A stretch of DNA of 32,000 nt from Roseithermus sacchariphilus (GTDB lineage: Bacteria > Bacteroidota > Rhodothermia > Rhodothermales > MEBIC09517): the NCBI GenBank assembly GCA_003285105.1, contig CP030158.1, positions 3,674,449 through 3,706,448 on the forward strand, given 5' to 3'. Of this stretch, positions 30,171-32,000 are shown piece after piece. Under the pieces are notes generated by a model. It was not told where the DNA came from, did no database searches, and saw only the letters and a list, made by a program, of their open reading frames with translations. Every line of letters starts with the position of its first letter. Positions within the stretch are counted from its first letter, which is position 1. The position numbers were made by a program, and so were the translations under genes.

Positions 30171-32000
30171 ATGCCCATGGATCGCCGCACGTTCATCCGT
30201 TCCTCTGCCGCGCTGGGCCTGCTCGCCGGCATGCAGTCCCTCGCTCCTGCCTGGGCCCGCAGCACACCCACCAATCCCATCCGCTCGCCAGCCCTGGAGC
30301 CGACCCGCCGCGCCGGACGCCTGGTGGAATACGACCTCACCATCGACCGCACACCGTTAACCTTCGGCGGCAAAACGGGCCGCGCCGTGACGATCAACGG
30401 CACCGTACCGGGCCCACTCCTTCGATTCACCGAGGGCGACGAGGCTATCATCCGTGTACATAATCGGCTGCATGAAGACACGTCGATCCACTGGCACGGC
30501 ATATTACTCCCCAATGCGATGGACGGAGTGCCCGGAGTCAACTTCCCCGGCATCAAAGCGCGCTCCACGTTCGAGTACCGCTTTCCCATTCAGCAGTATG
30601 GGACGTACTGGTACCACAGCCACTCTGCCTTTCAGGAACAACTCGGCCATTACGGCCCGCTCGTGATCGACCCTGCCGGAGGCGATCCCTATACTTATGA
30701 CCGTGAATATGTCGTCGTACTCTCAGACTGGACATTCGAAGATCCCCACGACGTACTGGACAACCTCAAAAATCGTCCAAATTACTACAACTTTCAGCGA
30801 CAGACACTCTTCGGTCTTCTGCGCGGAGAAGATATGCGACTCCAGGACCGGCTTGCCTGGAGTCGCATGCGCATGGATCCCACAGACATTTCTGACATCA
30901 CCGGAGCCACCTACACCTATCTCATGAACGGCCAGGCTCCAGACCCAGGCTGGTTCGGGCGGTTCCAGCCCGGGGAGCGCGTCCATCTTCGCTTTATCAA
31001 CGCCAGCGCGGGCACCTTCTACGACGTACGTATCCCCGGTCTACCGCTCACGGTCGTCCAGGCCAGCGGGCAACACATCGAGCCGGTCGTGGTCGATGAG
31101 TTTCGCATTGGGATCGCCGAGACGTACGATGTGATCGTCGAGCCCAAGGATCAGGCCTACACAGTCTTTGCCGAGTCGATGGACCGCTCGGGCTATGCCC
31201 GCGGCACACTCGCGCCACGCCCTGGTATGACCGCCCCGGTGCCATCCCGCCGGAAGCGCCCGCTTTTGACGATGATGGACATGGGAATGGCGCACGGCGG
31301 CTCCGGGATGGACCACGCCATGATGAAGCAGGGGGAAGTGCCAGTGCATCACGGGAGCAGGAACCACGGTGCGATGGAGAAACGCGCAAGGGACGCCTCC
31401 TCCGACACCACGGCGGCTATGCATGGCCATTCAATGCACGATCCGCACGCCGGACACGGGATGACCGGCATGGCCGACATGCCAGGCGCTGCCCCCACGA
31501 GGCTGCGCCCTCCCGGCACGCTCCCCGAACCGGTACCTCACGGCTCCGACGGCCATGGCCCGGCCAACGCCATGGCACCGGACGTCACGCGCAGCCGACT
31601 TCACGAGCCCGGAGTGGGCCTGGAGGACGTGCCGCACCGCGTACTCGTCTACACGGACCTGCGTGCGCTTCATCCAGAGCCTCGTCGCGCCCCCGACCGC
31701 GAAATCGAGCTCCACCTGACAGGCAACATGGAGCGCTACATGTGGTCAATCAACGGCAAGACGTACGCGGAAGACCCACTCATCCCGATGACGCTGGGCG
31801 AGCGCCTCCGGCTCACAATGGTCAACGACACCATGATGAACCACCCGATGCACCTACACGGCATGTGGATGGAGCTTGAGAACGGCCATGGCGAACGCAT
31901 CCCCCGGGTCCACACGGTCATCGTCAAGCCGGCCGAGCGGCTTTCGGTGCTCATCGAGGTCGACGCGCTCGGCCCGTGGGCCTTCCATTGCCACGTGCTC
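30171..32000 (+). CDS. copA: Multicopper oxidase CopA/PcoA (copper resistance protein A), Tat-exported; continues beyond the right window edge
   Basis: Not in the supplied ORF track because it is edge-truncated. My translation from ATG 30171 is open for all 610 codons. The twin-arginine signal is MPMDRRTFIRSSAALGLLAG. Copper-site motifs: SIHWHGILLP (HWHG at 30489-30500), YGTYWYHSHS, HPMHLHGMWM, WAFHCHVL. There is an internal Met/His-rich insert. Confidence 0.92.
   Translation, partial: MPMDRRTFIRSSAALGLLAGMQSLAPAWARSTPTNPIRSPALEPTRRAGRLVEYDLTIDRTPLTFGGKTGRAVTINGTVPGPLLRFTEGDEAIIRVHNRLHEDTSIHWHGILLPNAMDGVPGVNFPGIKARSTFEYRFPIQQYGTYWYHSHSAFQEQLGHYGPLVIDPAGGDPYTYDREYVVVLSDWTFEDPHDVLDNLKNRPNYYNFQRQTLFGLLRGEDMRLQDRLAWSRMRMDPTDISDITGATYTYLMNGQAPDPGWFGRFQPGERVHLRFINASAGTFYDVRIPGLPLTVVQASGQHIEPVVVDEFRIGIAETYDVIVEPKDQAYTVFAESMDRSGYARGTLAPRPGMTAPVPSRRKRPLLTMMDMGMAHGGSGMDHAMMKQGEVPVHHGSRNHGAMEKRARDASSDTTAAMHGHSMHDPHAGHGMTGMADMPGAAPTRLRPPGTLPEPVPHGSDGHGPANAMAPDVTRSRLHEPGVGLEDVPHRVLVYTDLRALHPEPRRAPDREIELHLTGNMERYMWSINGKTYAEDPLIPMTLGERLRLTMVNDTMMNHPMHLHGMWMELENGHGERIPRVHTVIVKPAERLSVLIEVDALGPWAFHCHVL
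31272..31481 (+). other. Met/His-rich insert of CopA
   Basis: MMDMGMAHGGSGMDHAMMKQGEVPVHHGSRNHGAMEKRARDASSDTTAAMHGHSMHDPHAGHGMTGMADM. Methionine-rich loops are a known feature of CopA/PcoA/CueO-type periplasmic copper oxidases. Confidence 0.8.

Noticed and set aside
28424-30589. Minus-strand ORFs 28424..29155 (243 aa), 29488..29949, 29619..30062 and 29957..30589 (210 aa)
   Set aside because: They are antisense to the DUF2231 fusion, the SnoaL-like lipoprotein and the copA 5' end. The + strand frames have a signal peptide, a lipobox, a Tat motif and family signatures.

Overview
High-GC bacterial chromosome segment. Hand counts of core lines give about 75-78% G+C, for example 47/60 at 3601-3660 and 45/60 at 18001-18060. 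Gene content and protein sequences look Rhodothermus / Bacteroidota-Rhodothermota-like, but that is inference only. All domain and family calls are by-eye motif recognition, with no searches run.

Core region (1 to ~23.3 kb): an edge-truncated long-form acyl-CoA dehydrogenase (absent from the supplied ORF track), pyrF, a DUF2851 protein, an ABM-domain protein and an HDOD protein. Then a lipoprotein + TonB-dependent receptor pair, glgC, and a BlaI/BlaR1-type repressor plus M56-protease sensor pair. Then an NRDE/TANGO2-family protein, a YtqB/MnmM-type methyltransferase, aroB, a 1623-aa TamB-like protein, RNase R and a small coiled-coil membrane protein.

Accessory region (~23.3 kb to the right edge): G+C drops visibly, to 24/60, 31/60 and 32/60 in hand-counted lines at 24361, 25201 and 27541. 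Content switches to a copper-type island:
- a membrane DUF305 fusion protein
- a CusS/CusR-like two-component system
- a divergently transcribed Met/His-rich Spy/CpxP/ZraP-like periplasmic protein
- a SHOCT membrane protein
- a DUF2231 membrane protein fused to an unassigned beta-rich domain
- a SnoaL-like lipoprotein
- a Tat-exported multicopper oxidase CopA (edge-truncated, also absent from the ORF track)

Most interesting:
1. The BlaR1-like transducer carries HEAT repeats and two tandem CBM6/35-like modules where BlaR1 has its penicillin-binding sensor.
2. The copper island contains uncharacterised accessory genes together with helically phased TTAA(G) boxes and a perfect 3 x 11-bp tandem repeat in its intergenic regions.

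No rRNA, tRNA, CRISPR array, transposase or integrase was seen. Many long ORFs in the track are antisense or off-frame shadows typical of high-GC DNA.
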